Origin: Eledone cirrhosa | Lineage: Eukaryota | Direction of reading: 5' to 3' | DNA length: 64,000 nucleotides | Assembly: GCA_964016885.1 (NCBI GenBank) | Contig: OZ024761.1 | Location: 22,072,001 to 22,136,000 of the forward strand | Shown here: one piece after another, positions 1 through 12,021 of the stretch | How positions within the stretch are numbered: position 1 is the first letter of the stretch | How the letters are laid out: the number at the start of each line of letters is the position of its first letter | Program-made: the position numbers and the translations under genes | The notes under the pieces: model-generated | Told to the model about the DNA's origin: nothing | The model's database searches: none | Seen by the model: the letters and a program-made list of their open reading frames with translations, nothing else

Positions 1-376
1 TTTACCTTACATAATATCTCACATAACATTTACATTACTCTATATATACTATTGTATTTTCACAGTAAAGGCTTTACCTCACATAATATCTCACATAACA
101 TTTACATTACTCTATATATACTATTGTATTTTCACAGTAAAGGCTTTACCTTACATAATATCTCACATAACATTTACATTACTCTATATATACTATTGTA
201 TTTTCACAGTAAAGGCTTTACCTCACATAATTATCTCACATAATATCGAATCTACGAGATTCTGATATTATTTATTTTGAGAACAATACCTTAACATCAG
301 TATGAGCAGCCGGTTTGATCAGAAAGAATTGAGAGAATTCCGGCCAGATATGGCCAGTTTAAATACTAAAGGGTTA
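1..376 (+). mobile_element. piggyBac-like MITE with an internal 72-bp tandem expansion
   Basis: 72-bp unit (starts at 29, 101, 173) followed by the MITE 3' end CTAAAGGG|TTAA; monomer at 3860-4053. Confidence 0.7.
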
Positions 377-404
377 ATAAGTGTGTATTATTTTTCTGTT
401 ATAG

Positions 405-530
405 ATAGCAATGAAGCAGCAATGTCAGCTCTGCAGCAGGGTTGTTTAGCTGTCGATAATTGTTCTCCTTCAAAACTAGATGATACCCAGATTAAATCCT
501 CCTGTTTACATAGATGGCCTTACTTGCAAG
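405..530 (+). CDS. MED13: MED13 internal coding exon (gene begins upstream of window)
   Basis: tag|AT acceptor and CAAG|gtaagt donor; DSNEAAMSALQQGC...LHRWPYLQ; phase 1 joins the next exon. Confidence 0.75.
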
Positions 531-1337
531 GTAAGTCTACAATTCTCTGCTTATTCACCCTTTATTTTTAATCATTAAATAACCACTTTGCAGTTCAGCA
601 TTTCACATGATATCTATCCATCTATCTACCTATCTATCTACCTACTTTTGGAAGAAGAGTCAGGATGGAGAGAGAGGTGCTGTACCCCAGAAAGTTTTAT
701 GAAAGGTGGGTGAAAGTGGTGAGAATGGCCCGAGTGAATGGGCCTTCTCTCTATATCAGCCTTTAAGTTGAGGAAAAAGAGGAAGAGAGCAAAGGGGTAT
801 TCACTCTTCGTACTCCTGGAGATGAGGGTTGCACATTTTTTCGGGGGTATGTGTTACCCATATGTAATGTCTCCCCCTATTGGGGAAAATCGATTAACTT
901 TTAAATTGCATTTGTGATAATATTTTACACGTTTTTATTGTATGTAAACTTCCCCCTTTGTATTTGTCCTCTTCTTTGTGCCCCTGTGGCTAATAAAGAA
1001 ACATATCTATCTATCTGTCTATCTATGCATCTACCTACCTACCTACCTACCTATGTGTGTCTGTCTCGTTCCTACAAAATACCCTCTAAACTTTCAGCAA
1101 TGTTTATATTTCTGTCTCTTTCTCTTTGTCTCTGTGATCCCAGATGCCAATAAAATACCTCTCACCTTTCAACAACAATGTCTCCCTATATATATATATA
1201 TATACACATATATACACACATATATACATATATACACACACACACACACACACATACATATATATATACACACACACATACATACACACACACACACATA
1301 TACACATATATATATATCTTTCTGTCTGTGATTCCAG

Positions 1338-1508
1338 GTGCCAACAGAATACCTCTAAACTCGCAGGATGTCCTACGCCTGTTGAAATCTTTACAGCCTT
1401 TACTGTCGGATGCTATACAGAAGAAACGCACCATGCGGTTATGGGAACACACTTATAAGTTGTCTGGTCCTCTTAGTTGGAAAGATTTCCACCAGCTGGC
1501 AGGCAGAG
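1338..1508 (+). CDS. MED13: MED13 coding exon
   Basis: [23 protein letters not shown]...[15 protein letters not shown] matches the MED13/MED13L conserved block; ag/gt flanks. Confidence 0.93.
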
Positions 1509-1568
1509 GTAAGTGTTGCACATGGGTGGTGTTTATTTTAGATAGGTGGCAATTGTACTGAGGCTTGG

Positions 1569-2115
1569 GTAGTGAATGTAGAGGATGTGTGGTGCTACAT
1601 GGTAGTGAATGTAGAGGATGTGTGGTGCTACATGGTAGTGAATGTAGAGGATGTGTGGTGCTACATGGTAGTGAATGTAGAGGATGTGTGGTGCTACATG
1701 GTAGTGAATGTAGAGGATGTGTGGTGCTACATGGTAGTGAATGTAGAGGATGTGTGGTGCTACATGGTAACAAATGTAGAGGATGTGTGGTGCTACATGG
1801 TAGTGAATGTAGAGGATGTGTGGTGCTACATGGTAGTGAATGTAGAGGGTGCGTGGTGCTACATGGTAGTGAATGTAGAGGATGCGTGGTGCTACATGGT
1901 AGTGAATGTAGAGGATGCGTGGTGCTACATGGTAGTGAATGTAGAGGATGTGTGGTGCTACATGGTAGTGAATGTAGAGGATGTGTGGTTCTACATGGTA
2001 ACGAATATAGAGGATGTGTGGTGCTACATGGTAGTGAGACATGGTCAGTGAATGTAGAGGATGTGTGGTGCTACATGGCAGTGAGTGTAGAGGATGCTAC
2101 ATGGTCAGTGAATGT
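1569..2115 (+). repeat. 33-bp minisatellite derived from an RTE ORF fragment
   Basis: Unit ggtagtgaatgtagaggatgtgtggtgctacat; array runs into LHGSETW coding sequence also seen in RTE copies in this window. Confidence 0.85.
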
Positions 2116-2208
2116 AGTATATTGAAGTATATGCAGTAAGCTCATCAAATATGTGTTTCCATGAGGTTGTCTAGGTGATATAAATTGTCTGTTTTTATAT
2201 AATTGCAG

Positions 2209-2306
2209 GAACAGAAGAGAATTCTGAACCCCAACCAATTCCCTCGTTTCTAGTTGGCTATGATAAAGACTGGCTGTCTGTGTCACCTTATGCACTCCCT
2301 TATTGG
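2209..2306 (+). CDS. MED13: MED13 coding exon
   Basis: [33 protein letters not shown]; ttgcag| and |gtaagt. Confidence 0.93.
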
Positions 2307-2401
2307 GTAAGTAACAATAATAATACTGTATTGTTTTGTTGGGCTATGTTGCCTTGCAGAAATACAGCTTACTCGCAGTATATACTTGCAGTATATATAT
2401 G

Positions 2402-2610
2402 TCATCGTCATCGTCATCAGCAGCTTTTCCCTGCTTGCAAGGGTGGGACGGGTCCTATTCAGCACAGCATCTCTCCACTTGTCACGGTCCTTCGTCATCT
2501 CTTTCATGAGCTTCAGCGATCTGAGGTCTGCTCTCACCTCCTCCGGCCATGTTTTTCGTGGTCTTCCTCTACTGTGTCTTCCTTCAACTGGGATTTCTTG
2601 GCACTTCTTT
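2402..2610 (-). mobile_element. RTE LINE family B 3' fragment
   Basis: [12 protein letters not shown]...[10 protein letters not shown]-terminus and GAT-type tail. Confidence 0.85.
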
Positions 2611-2641
2611 AACATATACACACACACACACACACACACAG

Positions 2642-2683
<42 letters not shown>

Positions 2684-2727
2684 ATTCAGTCAAATATTTA
2701 AGATTTGGCTTCGTTTATTAAAGATGT

Positions 2728-2782
2728 ACTGCTATATATATTTTGGTGACAGCCATCATTGGCTGTGACCTCTTCAGGCAGT
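2728..2782 (-). ncRNA. Type I hammerhead ribozyme, G12A-decayed
   Basis: ACUGC-CUGAAGA-GGUcACAGCCA(AUGA)UGGCUGUcACC-AAAA-UAUAUA-UA-GCAGU; GAAA reads AAAA. Confidence 0.75.
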
Positions 2783-3210
2783 CTGAATTGGTGTGGTAGA
2801 GACAGGTACACTTGTTGTTGAAGTGTTTTACTCCGTCAATACTCCGATATGTCCAGCTCCTGGTTGGGTTGTTATTTCTCTGAGGAACTGGAATCATATG
2901 AATTCGAACAAACGAATTTCGGAGTCGTAGGACTCTCTCTCCTCCCATTGGTCAGTTGAGAGAACATTCCTCAGTCAGAAGTCTATAGAAATGTTTCTGA
3001 GTCAAGACAATCTGTTGTGGTTGTTTTTTGTTAAGTACAGCTGACCTCCTCCCTTGTGTTGGTAGTGGTATTGGTGTTAAGGGGTCAGCTGGCAGGTCAG
3101 CTTTAGTTCGGCTGCTGCTATGTTCAGAAGAACATAGAAATATATATATACAGTATATAAAACGACAATAAAGGCTATACTGGAAGATATGCTGTAAAAT
3201 TTAATTCCGT

Positions 3211-3291
3211 GAAATTACAATATATATTTCAATGGTCCAGCTCCATCATCCAAATATGATGGAAGACAGGACAGTCTCATCAGGTAACTTC
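3211..3291 (-). ncRNA. Type I hammerhead ribozyme, intact core
   Basis: GAAGUUAC-CUGAUGA-long stem II (GUCC/GGAC, UCCAUCAU/AUGAUGGA)-GAAA-UAUAUA-UU-GUAAUUUC; 8-bp stem I. Confidence 0.8.
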
Positions 3292-3554
3292 GACAGAATT
3301 ACAAAAACATAGTTATATACATTATTATTACTATATATATATATATATATAGATGTGTGTGTGTGTATATATACCTGTTACTGGCAGTGTGTGTGTCTAT
3401 GTATCTGCTAGTGTCAGTATAAATGTATGTATGTACCAGCTAGTAACAGTATATGTGTGTGTTATGTTGGTATTCTATGTTTTACTGCTGTGTTGTTGTA
3501 TTTACCCCAGTTTTCTATGTTTATAAAAACTGACCTTAAGTTGTTGTGTTCTAG

Positions 3555-3804
3555 GACAAGCTTCTTCTTGAACCATATGGGAAGCCTCGTGATATTGCCT
3601 ATGTAGTCGTTTGTCCAGATAACGAATACATTGTGAAGAATGCAAGGTTTTTTTTCAAAGAATTAAGTACAATCTATGAGCTATGTCGGCTGGGCCGACA
3701 TTGTCCCATAACGAAGGTACTCCGTGATGGCATTCTCAAGGTAGGCCAATCTTCTGCCCAGAAATATGCTGATGAACCTATAGAAGACTGGTTTAATTAT
3801 ATTG
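3555..3804 (+). CDS. MED13: MED13 coding exon
   Basis: DKLLLEPYGKPRDIAYVVVCPDNEY...FFKELSTIYELCRLGRHCPI; ttctag| and |gtaagt. Confidence 0.95.
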
Positions 3805-3859
3805 GTAAGTGCTTTAAAGTTTTTTTTTTACAAAACCCTTTTTTTGTCCCTTGTTTTAA

Positions 3860-4053
3860 CCCTTTAGTATTTACATTACTCTATATTTACTTTTGTATTT
3901 TCACAGTAAACACTTTATCTTACAAAATATCGCACATAATATCGAATCAATGAGATTTTGATATTATTTATTTTGAGAACAATACTTTAACATCAGTATG
4001 ACTGGCCGGTGAGAGAAGTTTGGCCAGATACGGCTGGTTTAAATGCTAAAGGG
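3860..4053 (+). mobile_element. piggyBac-like MITE (194 bp)
   Basis: TTAA|CCCTTTAGTATTTA...TAAATGCTAAAGGG|TTAA; relatives at about 13640-13830, 17195-17411, 54350-54730 and 62572-62767. Confidence 0.85.
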
Positions 4054-4603
4054 TTAAAATAGGTGGTTTTTGTTTCCCCAAACTAGAGCTGGTTTTGAAT
4101 GGATTGTTATTAAAGGGGTTAATGATCATCAAGAAGATCCGAGACCACATTTGCTTACCGTGTGGGGTATATCTCATTCAATTGGAACTTATTGCAACTC
4201 CTGACAGAAAGAACAACATGAAATAAAGTATCTTGCTTCAGGACATAACGCATCACTCAATCTCGGGAATCGAACTCACAACCTCACAATAGTGAATCTA
4301 ATTCTCTAACCACTCAACCACACACCTTCATTATCCTTAACTATATTTAAATTAGAATTCTTCAACATAATTTTATGTAAAAACCATGTGAGGTTATTAA
4401 CTTAGTAATGAAATAATTAATAATTTTAGTAAATCTCTAAAAATTCATTAATTTAATTACATTAATTTTATTAATTACAGGAAATGAAATACTATTAATT
4501 GTTGACTTAGTTCCAATATTGATAACACTGGAAATGTATGAATGTCTCCACATCTTGTTCCTTATTTTATTAACAACATCATTTTCCTTTTCTTTCTATC
4601 CAG

Positions 4604-4663
4604 GTGAATCTCCAGTTGCTGCTAAATTAAGACTGTATGCCAGGGTGTGTAAACACCAGCTGG
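4604..4663 (+). CDS. MED13: MED13 coding exon
   Basis: GESPVAAKLRLYARVCKHQL; polypyrimidine tract + cag|, |gtaagt; phase 1/1. Confidence 0.9.
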
Positions 4664-5207
4664 GTAAGTTTACCTTGAAGTATTTATTGTTGGTGCAGTC
4701 TTGTTGAAGTGGTTTAAGTCCTGTTTTCTAAGATATAAAACTGTTTGAGTGAAATTGGGAGAAACAGAAACTGGAATTCTGTTACTTATTTTACTTGTAC
4801 TTAGTGGAGCTAAGGTTACAGCAGGGACATACGGGCGGGAGTTTGGCTGGCAGAGGTGATAAACACAACCTATTTGAGCCATTTTGTAAGGCAGCAGGAG
4901 CTGACCCCACAGGTCAGGTGTACTGACCTGCGGCACCAATTTTGGTAGATAAATTGTACCATTTAGTTTGTTTTACCACCATCACATAGCTTTGTTGGTC
5001 ATTGTTAGGGTCTACTTTGATGTACTACTGTCTACTGCTGGAACCCACAAGTCTCTGAGGTCCTGACAAATTCTCATGTGTGTATATATATATATAATCC
5101 TTATTGAGTCCTCTTCAGATTTTGGTCTTCGTAATTATTAGTACTTGTCGTAGGGAAAAAACCCTGAACACCCCTGTGTATCTAAAAGTGGACGAGGTGA
5201 AATGTCT

Positions 5208-5880
5208 ATCATCGTTTAACGTCCATTTTCCATGCTAGCATGGGTTAGACGGGAATTGTTCCACTTGAGGCAAGATTGGTTGAGAGACTGTGTCTCACTC
5301 ATACAGAACTACCCCTGGCAGGTTTTCTACGGCTGGATGTCCTTCCTAACACCAACCACATTTACAGTGTGGACTGGGAGCCTTTTACCGTGTTACCTAC
5401 ACGACCACTTTACAGTCTAGACCGGCTCTTTTTGTCGTGTCACCTACAAGGCCACTTTACACTATATATATATATATAATCATCATCTCCGTTTAACATC
5501 TATCATGGGTTAGACGGGAGTTGTCCCACTTGAGGCAAGGTTGGTCGGGTGACTGTGTCTCGCTCGTATAGGACTGTCTGGCAGGTTTTCTATGGCTGGA
5601 TGCCCTTCCTAACACCAACCACATTTACAGTGTGGAACTGGGAACTTTTCACCGTGTTACCTACACTACCACATTACAGCGTGGACTGTGTGTGTTTTTT
5701 TGTCGTGACACCTACATAAAAACTCGATCTCATTTTCTCGTGCTGTTGGTGGGAGTGGGAGGGTAGGGTAGGGGTAGTGGATTGGGGTGTATATTTAGTT
5801 AAGAGGTGCCTACTGACTGTAGGTTTCGCTTTGCACATAGGCAAGGCGGGTCTTCTGTATTACTGCGTAGCGCCAAAGGT
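5208..5880 (-). mobile_element. Two copies of a SINE/RTE-tail repeat (ttggtgttaggaagggcatccag domain)
   Basis: Reverse-strand domain with RTE-like (GAT)n tail; relatives at 27880, 40340, 42197, 42725 and 44090. Confidence 0.7.
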
Positions 5881-6009
5881 CTCGGTCCAGAGAAAAACAC
5901 ACACACTTATACACAAAGACACTTATCATCTGGTTGCCTACTACTACTACTACTACTACTAATGGTACTGTTACTAATGTTACTATTAATACTACTGTTA
6001 CTATTTCAG

Positions 6010-6375
6010 GTCCCCATCTTGCTCAGCAAACGTTAGATAAGTCGTTATTTGAGGTGAGTTGCCAGAAAGGTAGCCATACCACTCCGCGGCCGTCTGACAT
6101 GTTGGCTCAAGCCCCAGCCACTCCGGAACAGCACCAAACATCTGCTAGTTCGGCCACTAATGTAACTTCCAGCTCGTCTACTACGGCCACAAACCAGCCT
6201 TTGTCCAGCCAGTCCCAGCAGCAGCAACAACAACAACAGCAGCAATCAACATCAGTAACAACTAGCAGTTGTAACAACAACAGTAGTAGTAGTAGTAGTG
6301 GTACTACCACCACTACTACTACTACTACTGTGACAGGACATCTTGGAAGTAATAATCCTGATGATATGAACAAAG
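6010..6375 (+). CDS. MED13: MED13 coding exon (low-complexity S/T/Q-rich segment)
   Basis: GPHLAQQTLDKSLFE then poly-Q/S/T; only the 6375 donor (AAAG|gtagg) gives the phase 1 needed by the next exon. Confidence 0.8.
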
Positions 6376-6393
6376 GTAGGTGTACACATTAAC

Positions 6394-6900
6394 AGTGGTG
6401 GTGGTGTGAGGTGGGTGGTGGTGGTGTGAGGGGGGTTGTGACAGTGGTGGTGTGAGGAGGATGGTGGTGGTGGTGGTGTGAGGAGGGTGGTGGTGGTGGT
6501 GGTGTGAGGATGGTTGTGACAGTGGTGGTGTGAAGCGGAGGATGGTGGTGGTGGTGGTGTGAGGAGGGTGGTGGTGGTGGTGTGAGGGGGGGGGGGTTGT
6601 GACAGTGGTGGTGTGAGGAGGGTGGTGGTGGTGGTGTGAGGTGGGTGGTGGTGTGGTGGTGGTGGTGTGAGGTGGGTGGTGGTGTGAGGAGGATGGTGGT
6701 GTGAGGGGGGGTTGTGAGGAGGATGGTGGTGGTGGTGGTGGTGTGAGGAGGGTGGTGGTGGTGGTGGTGTGAGGATGGTTGTGACAGTGGTGGTGTGAAG
6801 CGGAGGATGGTGGTGGTGGTTGTGACTGGTCGTGTGAGGAGGGTGGTGGTGGTGGTGGTGGTGGTGTGAGGGTGGTGGTGGTGGTGGTGGTAATGGTGGT
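6394..6900. repeat. (GGT)n/GA-rich degenerate microsatellite
   Basis: Direct inspection. Confidence 0.9.
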
Positions 6901-7369
6901 ATGGAGATAACAAGACTCCCTTATGTTTGCTATTCATAAACATATTGTATGTGCTTCCATATATTCTTCTATTATGAACCACTCTGTGCTAGTACCAGTG
7001 TTATCTTGAGATAAATGACTAGCTGAAATTTGGCTTCATGGGAAATATTTGTTGAAGACTTATATGACTGGCTGCGTTTAGCTGCTGATACAATGTAATA
7101 AGTACCAGTCATCTACTAGGGTTGATTTAATTTACTTATTATTGCTTCTCAAATTGCTGACATTGTACCTAAATATATAAATATATGGTTACTGAAGCAC
7201 GTACATATATATATGTATGTGTATATATATGTGTGTGTGTATGTGTATATATATGTGTATATATATATATATATATTTGTATATGTATATATGTGTGTGT
7301 GTGTATATATATATATGTGTGTGTATATATATATATATATGTGTGTGTGTATATATATATATGTGTGTG

Positions 7370-7402
<33 letters not shown>

Positions 7403-7439
7403 ATATATATATATGTGTGTATTTATATGTGTATATATA

Positions 7440-7499
<60 letters not shown>

Positions 7500-7539
7500 C
7501 GTACATACGTATATCTGCTTCAGTAACCATAGCAGGACA

Positions 7540-7580
7540 CCAAATACGCATATTTCAAGATATTTGTCCGTCTTCAGTGA
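7540..7580 (-). ncRNA. Minimal hammerhead-like motif with weakened stems
   Basis: UCA-CUGAAGA-CGGACAAAUAUCUU-GAAA-UAUGCGUA-UU-UGG beside a (TA/TG)n tract. Confidence 0.5.
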
Positions 7581-7795
7581 AATTTACTCACTCAGTACTG
7601 AGGCAGATAAGCTGATGGTTTATCAGTAGAATTTTACAAACAATATATTTTTGGTAATGCTCATTTGCATATAGTCTGGCTTGGCTGACAGTTTGATGTT
7701 TATTGTTGTTGTTAATTGTAATGTCCTTAATGATTTCAACACCTGCGACCAATAAAGAAATCCTTATTATTGTTATTATTCTTGTTACTTTTCAG

Positions 7796-8037
7796 ATGGG
7801 GGTGCCGATGGCAACAGTTGCCAGCAGCAACGCGACAGTGGCATCCATGAACAACAACAAGAATGTGAAGACAGTTCGACAGAATGCCCTGCTCTAGTTA
7901 TTTATATAGTCGACCCGTTCACCTATTCTCAGGAGTGGGATCACCTTAATAGACTTGGAATGATAGGGTTGCTGCATTGCTACCAGGAAATTGTGAGAAA
8001 CTTGCCAGAACATATGCAAAGCCATGTTAGTCTACAA
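7796..8037 (+). CDS. MED13: MED13 coding exon
   Basis: PALVIYIVDPFTY...GLLHCYQEIVRNLPEHMQSHVSLQ; tttcag| and |gtaag. Confidence 0.93.
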
Positions 8038-8044
8038 GTAAGTA

Positions 8045-8310
8045 TATATATATGGTCCCGTAACTCCTGATAGAGTCATAAGGGCTTCGTATTGACATAC
8101 AGCGTTTCTTGTGTATATATGGTCCCGTAACTCCTGATAGAGTGGTAGGGGCTCCGTATTGACATACAGTGTCTCTTGTGTATATATGGTCCCGTAACTC
8201 CTGATAGAGTGGCAGGGGCTCCGTATTGACATACAGTGTCTCTTGTGTATATATGGTCCCGTAACTCCCGATAGAGTCATAGGGGCTCCGTATTGACATA
8301 CAGCGTTTCT
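8045..8310 (+). repeat. 67-bp tandem repeat (4 units) at a SINE tail
   Basis: Unit starts at 8053, 8120, 8187; related monomer inverted at about 56500-56700. Confidence 0.85.
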
Positions 8311-8981
8311 TGGGCATCTTATAGCCTGGTGGAGCCCACACCTCCTCTCCAGGCCTGAATACAACAGATTTCTTCCAGAGATAGATAGAGAGAGAGAGAG
8401 AGAGAGAGGGGAAGAATCAACCCCAGTACTAGACTGGTACTTTTTTTTATCAACCTCGAAAGGCTGACCTCGGTGGGATTTGAACTCAGAGGGTAGAGAA
8501 CTGGAACGAATACCATAAAGCATTCTATCTGACATTCTAATGACTCTGCCAATTCACCGCCTTATAAGTATATAAAATATATATATATACACACATACAC
8601 GGTTACATCTTCTTCTACAGCTCTCTCTATCATACCTGTTACACCCTCTCTCCCTTTCTCTCTATATCCTTTACAGTCTCTGTTGCTCTCCCTCTACATA
8701 TATCTTCTTTATTTCCTGTTGCTCTCTGTTGAGTATTAGCTGAGGAGAAACCTTCTATCTACATGATTGGAAGCACTGTGATGGGTTAGCTGCCAGGCCA
8801 GGCTTTATATATATATATCAATCAATGAAAAAAGAGTTAGTTGATTTGTGATCAACTCGTTCTTATATATAACAGATGCGAGGCACTTATCCAGAGTATT
8901 ATTATATGCCTGGTGGCCACCGATCTGTCCAGTTCGTTTCTCTACCAGCATATCAGGAAAAAATTATACATTTTCTATATA

Positions 8982-9053
8982 TTTGTCTGAGGAGAACATG
9001 TTTTGCTTTATGTTATACATAAAACTTTGCATCTTCGAAATATATATAATGAA
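8982..9053 (+). ncRNA. Type I hammerhead ribozyme, intact core, sense to a MED13 intron
   Basis: UUUGU-CUGAGGA-GAAcAUG..UUUAUGU(UAU)ACAUAAA..CAUcUUC-GAAA-UAUAUA-UA-AUGAA. Confidence 0.78.
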
Positions 9054-9095
9054 ATAAATAGAGATGATATAAAGTATATATCTTTCATTTATTAC

Positions 9096-9155
<60 letters not shown>

Positions 9156-9490
9156 CATGGCTTAGTGGTTAGAGCATTGGCCTTGCAATCGAAAGGTTGT
9201 GAGTTCAATTCTCAGACCGGGTGATGTGTTGTTTCCTTGAGCAAGACACTTTATTTCACATTGCTCCAGTTTACTCAGCTGTAGAAATGAGATGATAGGG
9301 ACTGGGGTCCATATCATTCCACTGTAAAGTGGTCGTGGAGGTGCCACGGCAAAAGAGCACCCAGCACTCACTGTAAATGAGGTTGGTGTTAGGAAGGGCA
9401 TCCAGCTGTAGAAATCAAGCCAGAATCAGTTCCCGTCCCACCCTTGCAAGCAAGGAAAAGCAGACGTAAAATGATGAGGATGATGATGAT
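9156..9490 (+). mobile_element. tRNA-derived SINE with RTE family B tail
   Basis: A box tggcttagtgg, B box gagttcaattc; 3' end cccacccttgcaagca.gaaaagc.gacgtaaaat(gat)n matches the RTE family B end. Confidence 0.88.
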
Positions 9491-9740
9491 ACATCCATCA
9501 AAATCTTCATCTCACACATTTCCTAATGGAGAGGTCATTGTGAAAATATTCTGTATTACATTAAAGACTTTTCTTTTTAATGTGATGCAGTCAGAGTGAT
9601 TAATGTTTTGTATTTTTCAAGAATGTCTAGCTAATGTGGTATGGTGTGGTACAGGATATTAATAGTTAATACTATTCAGTAAAACCAAACCTATTGTTGA
9701 TATTGATGTTACTAATTCTTTCTCGTGTGTGTTTGTTCAG

Positions 9741-9923
9741 ATAATTCCCTCTGAGGCTGTGATAGACCAGAAAGAAGGCGGCTCACAATACCAGATGTTG
9801 AAATCTTTGGCGTTCTCAGTTTTTACTACGTGTCGCTGGAATTTGTCCCACAATGTCTTAGGCCGATCATTAACTGGTTTCGGGCCTGCTGCCGATGCCG
9901 AACTTTTCCTCAAACAAAAAGAG
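9741..9923 (+). CDS. MED13: MED13 coding exon
   Basis: IIPSE...LKSLAFSVFTTCR...RSLTGFGPAA; ag/gt flanks. Confidence 0.95.
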
Positions 9924-10190
9924 GTAAGTAGCTGTTGTTACTGTTTCTTTTCTCTATATTTTTGTGTTGACTCCATAAAATTGATGATATTTCTAGTTAA
10001 CACTTTAACCACCAACGTGAAGGTGTCGTAGCTTAGTGGTTAGGATGCTGGAGTCACAATCATAAGTTTGTGAGTTGGATTTCTTGGCTGAGTGGTAGGC
10101 AACTTTTGAGTAAGTTTGTATGAAAAGGTTTAAAGTTAATATTATTGAAAATATTGTGATAATCATTTTAACTTTGATGTTTTTGCACAG

Positions 10191-10420
10191 GTGGAAAAGG
10201 CTGGGCAGGTGAGACTTTACTGTCCTCCTTTCATTTTGGCACCGGTGAAGGATAAACAATCAACCCTTGCTGAATCTTGTGGCGAAAAACTGGAGAAAAG
10301 TACGATAGTGTTTTGTGGCTACTGCTTGAGTGAAGATCAGCGTTGGCTACTGGCTGCCTGCACAGATGAACGAGGAGAAATGCAAGAGACTTGTATAATA
10401 AATATTGAAATACCCAACCG
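10191..10420 (+). CDS. MED13: MED13 coding exon
   Basis: [15 protein letters not shown]...[37 protein letters not shown]. Confidence 0.95.
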
Positions 10421-10433
10421 GTAAGATATTTAA

Positions 10434-10680
10434 CCCTTTCATTGCCATATTTCTAATGAAAGACACTGTCTATGTCATTAACCCTTTCATTACCATATTT
10501 CAAAACATTTTAACAATAATCAGGAATTTGGAGAGATTTAGTAATATAGATTTCTTGTTATTAAACTAATGATTGGAATGTAACTTAACATTATAATGGA
10601 AGGTTTTCAGATAATTATAAAGACTTTAAAATAAACTTTTTTGTATCCTAGAAGCAAGGGTTACATTCGTATGAAAAGGG
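10434..10680 (+). mobile_element. piggyBac-like MITE (second family)
   Basis: TTAA|CCCTTTCAT...ATGAAAAGGG|TTAA. Confidence 0.65.
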
Positions 10681-10747
10681 TTAAATATGCTAATTATTTT
10701 GTAAATTTAATGAATATATATCTAATTACCATCTTTTCTAATTGCAG

Positions 10748-10890
10748 CAATCGCCGGAAAAAAGCTTCAGCTAGGAAAGCCGGTCTACAGAAGTTATGGA
10801 CATTTATTGTAGGAATTGTATCTGTGACTACTCTACCATGCCGTCTGGTTATAGGACGGTTTGGTCGACTTGGGCATGGGGAACTAAAAG
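10748..10890 (+). CDS. MED13: MED13 coding exon
   Basis: RRKKASARKAGLQKLW...RLVIGRFGRLGHGELK; phase 2/1 consistent with neighbours. Confidence 0.95.
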
Positions 10891-11069
10891 GTAGGCTGGA
10901 CTGTTTGGTACATACTTTCATATCTATAACTTTCATATACATAGATGTGTGTTCATGTTGTTACAGGGAGTACAGGTTTTAAGAATATAGCAAGTATATA
11001 TAGCCGAGTATATATGTAGCTGTTATATAACAGTATATATATATATATATATATAGCTGTTATATAACA

Positions 11070-11107
<38 letters not shown>

Positions 11108-11632
11108 CTGTTATATAGCTATATTACTATATAGCATATAATAATATACATTCACCTTATTGGTGCAATATTAAAATTTACCCTGTACACTCTGTAAAGT
11201 GTTATTGCTGGTACCACAATAAAATACACCCAGTACACTCTGTAAAGTGTTATTGCTGGTACCACATTAAAATACACACACTACACTCTGTATATATTTG
11301 TTCTTGATTTTACCATATAATCTCTGTCAAGGTGTACTTTTCCTGTCATCCTGGGGGGTGCGGAGGAGGTTGATAAAATAAAGTACCAGTAAAATATTAG
11401 GGTTTGTTGATATATATTGGAATTTCGTGCTTTGCAGCATAAAGTATGATCCTTTACGTTCTGAGTTCAAATCCCGCCGAGGTTAACTTTGCTTTTCATC
11501 CTCACGGGGGTCGATAAAATAAGCACCAGTAATACACTGGAGTAATTGCTGGCCTTGTGCCTAAAGTAGAAACTATTATTATTATTATGTTATGAATTTT
11601 TTAATTAATAAATTTTTAATTGTATTTGTCAG

Positions 11633-11901
11633 GCTGGGCTGAACTCCTGGGTAAGAAGAACTTAATGAAAGCCAGTCAGCAGATGAGAGATATGTGTACC
11701 CAGTGTTCGATTATGTCTAGCAGTGAGACCCCTTGTATCCTCAGTGCATGTCTTGTGTCGATGGAGCCCCAGTCTTCCTTCCGAATTATTTTTGATTCTG
11801 TGAAAGTTGAAGAAAAGATGAGTAGCAATTGCCCTTTACAAACTCCACGTGATGCATCTTGTACACATATCCTCGTATTTCCTACCTCAGCCACTGCACA
11901 G
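11633..11901 (+). CDS. MED13: MED13 coding exon
   Basis: GWAELLGKKNL...PCILSACLVSMEPQSSF...TPRDASCTHILVFPTSATAQ. Confidence 0.95.
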
Positions 11902-12021
11902 GTAAATACACAATTTACACCTTTGCCTTTCTTGCTTTGTTTGTTTGTTGTAATTAAGATTATTGTATTTTCTTGTATCTCTTAACATACAGTGGTTCAC
12001 TTTGTATAGATGTTTCAGTGT

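Noticed and set aside
2209-2230. Apparent frameshift in a MED13 exon
   Set aside because: Rereading gives GGA ACA GAA GAG AAT TCT, in frame
6051-6059. Alternative donor GAG|gtgagt in a MED13 exon
   Set aside because: Phase 0 is incompatible with the phase 1 next exon
9156-9225. tRNA genes at SINE heads
   Set aside because: A/B boxes continue into SINE bodies; no complete cloverleaf
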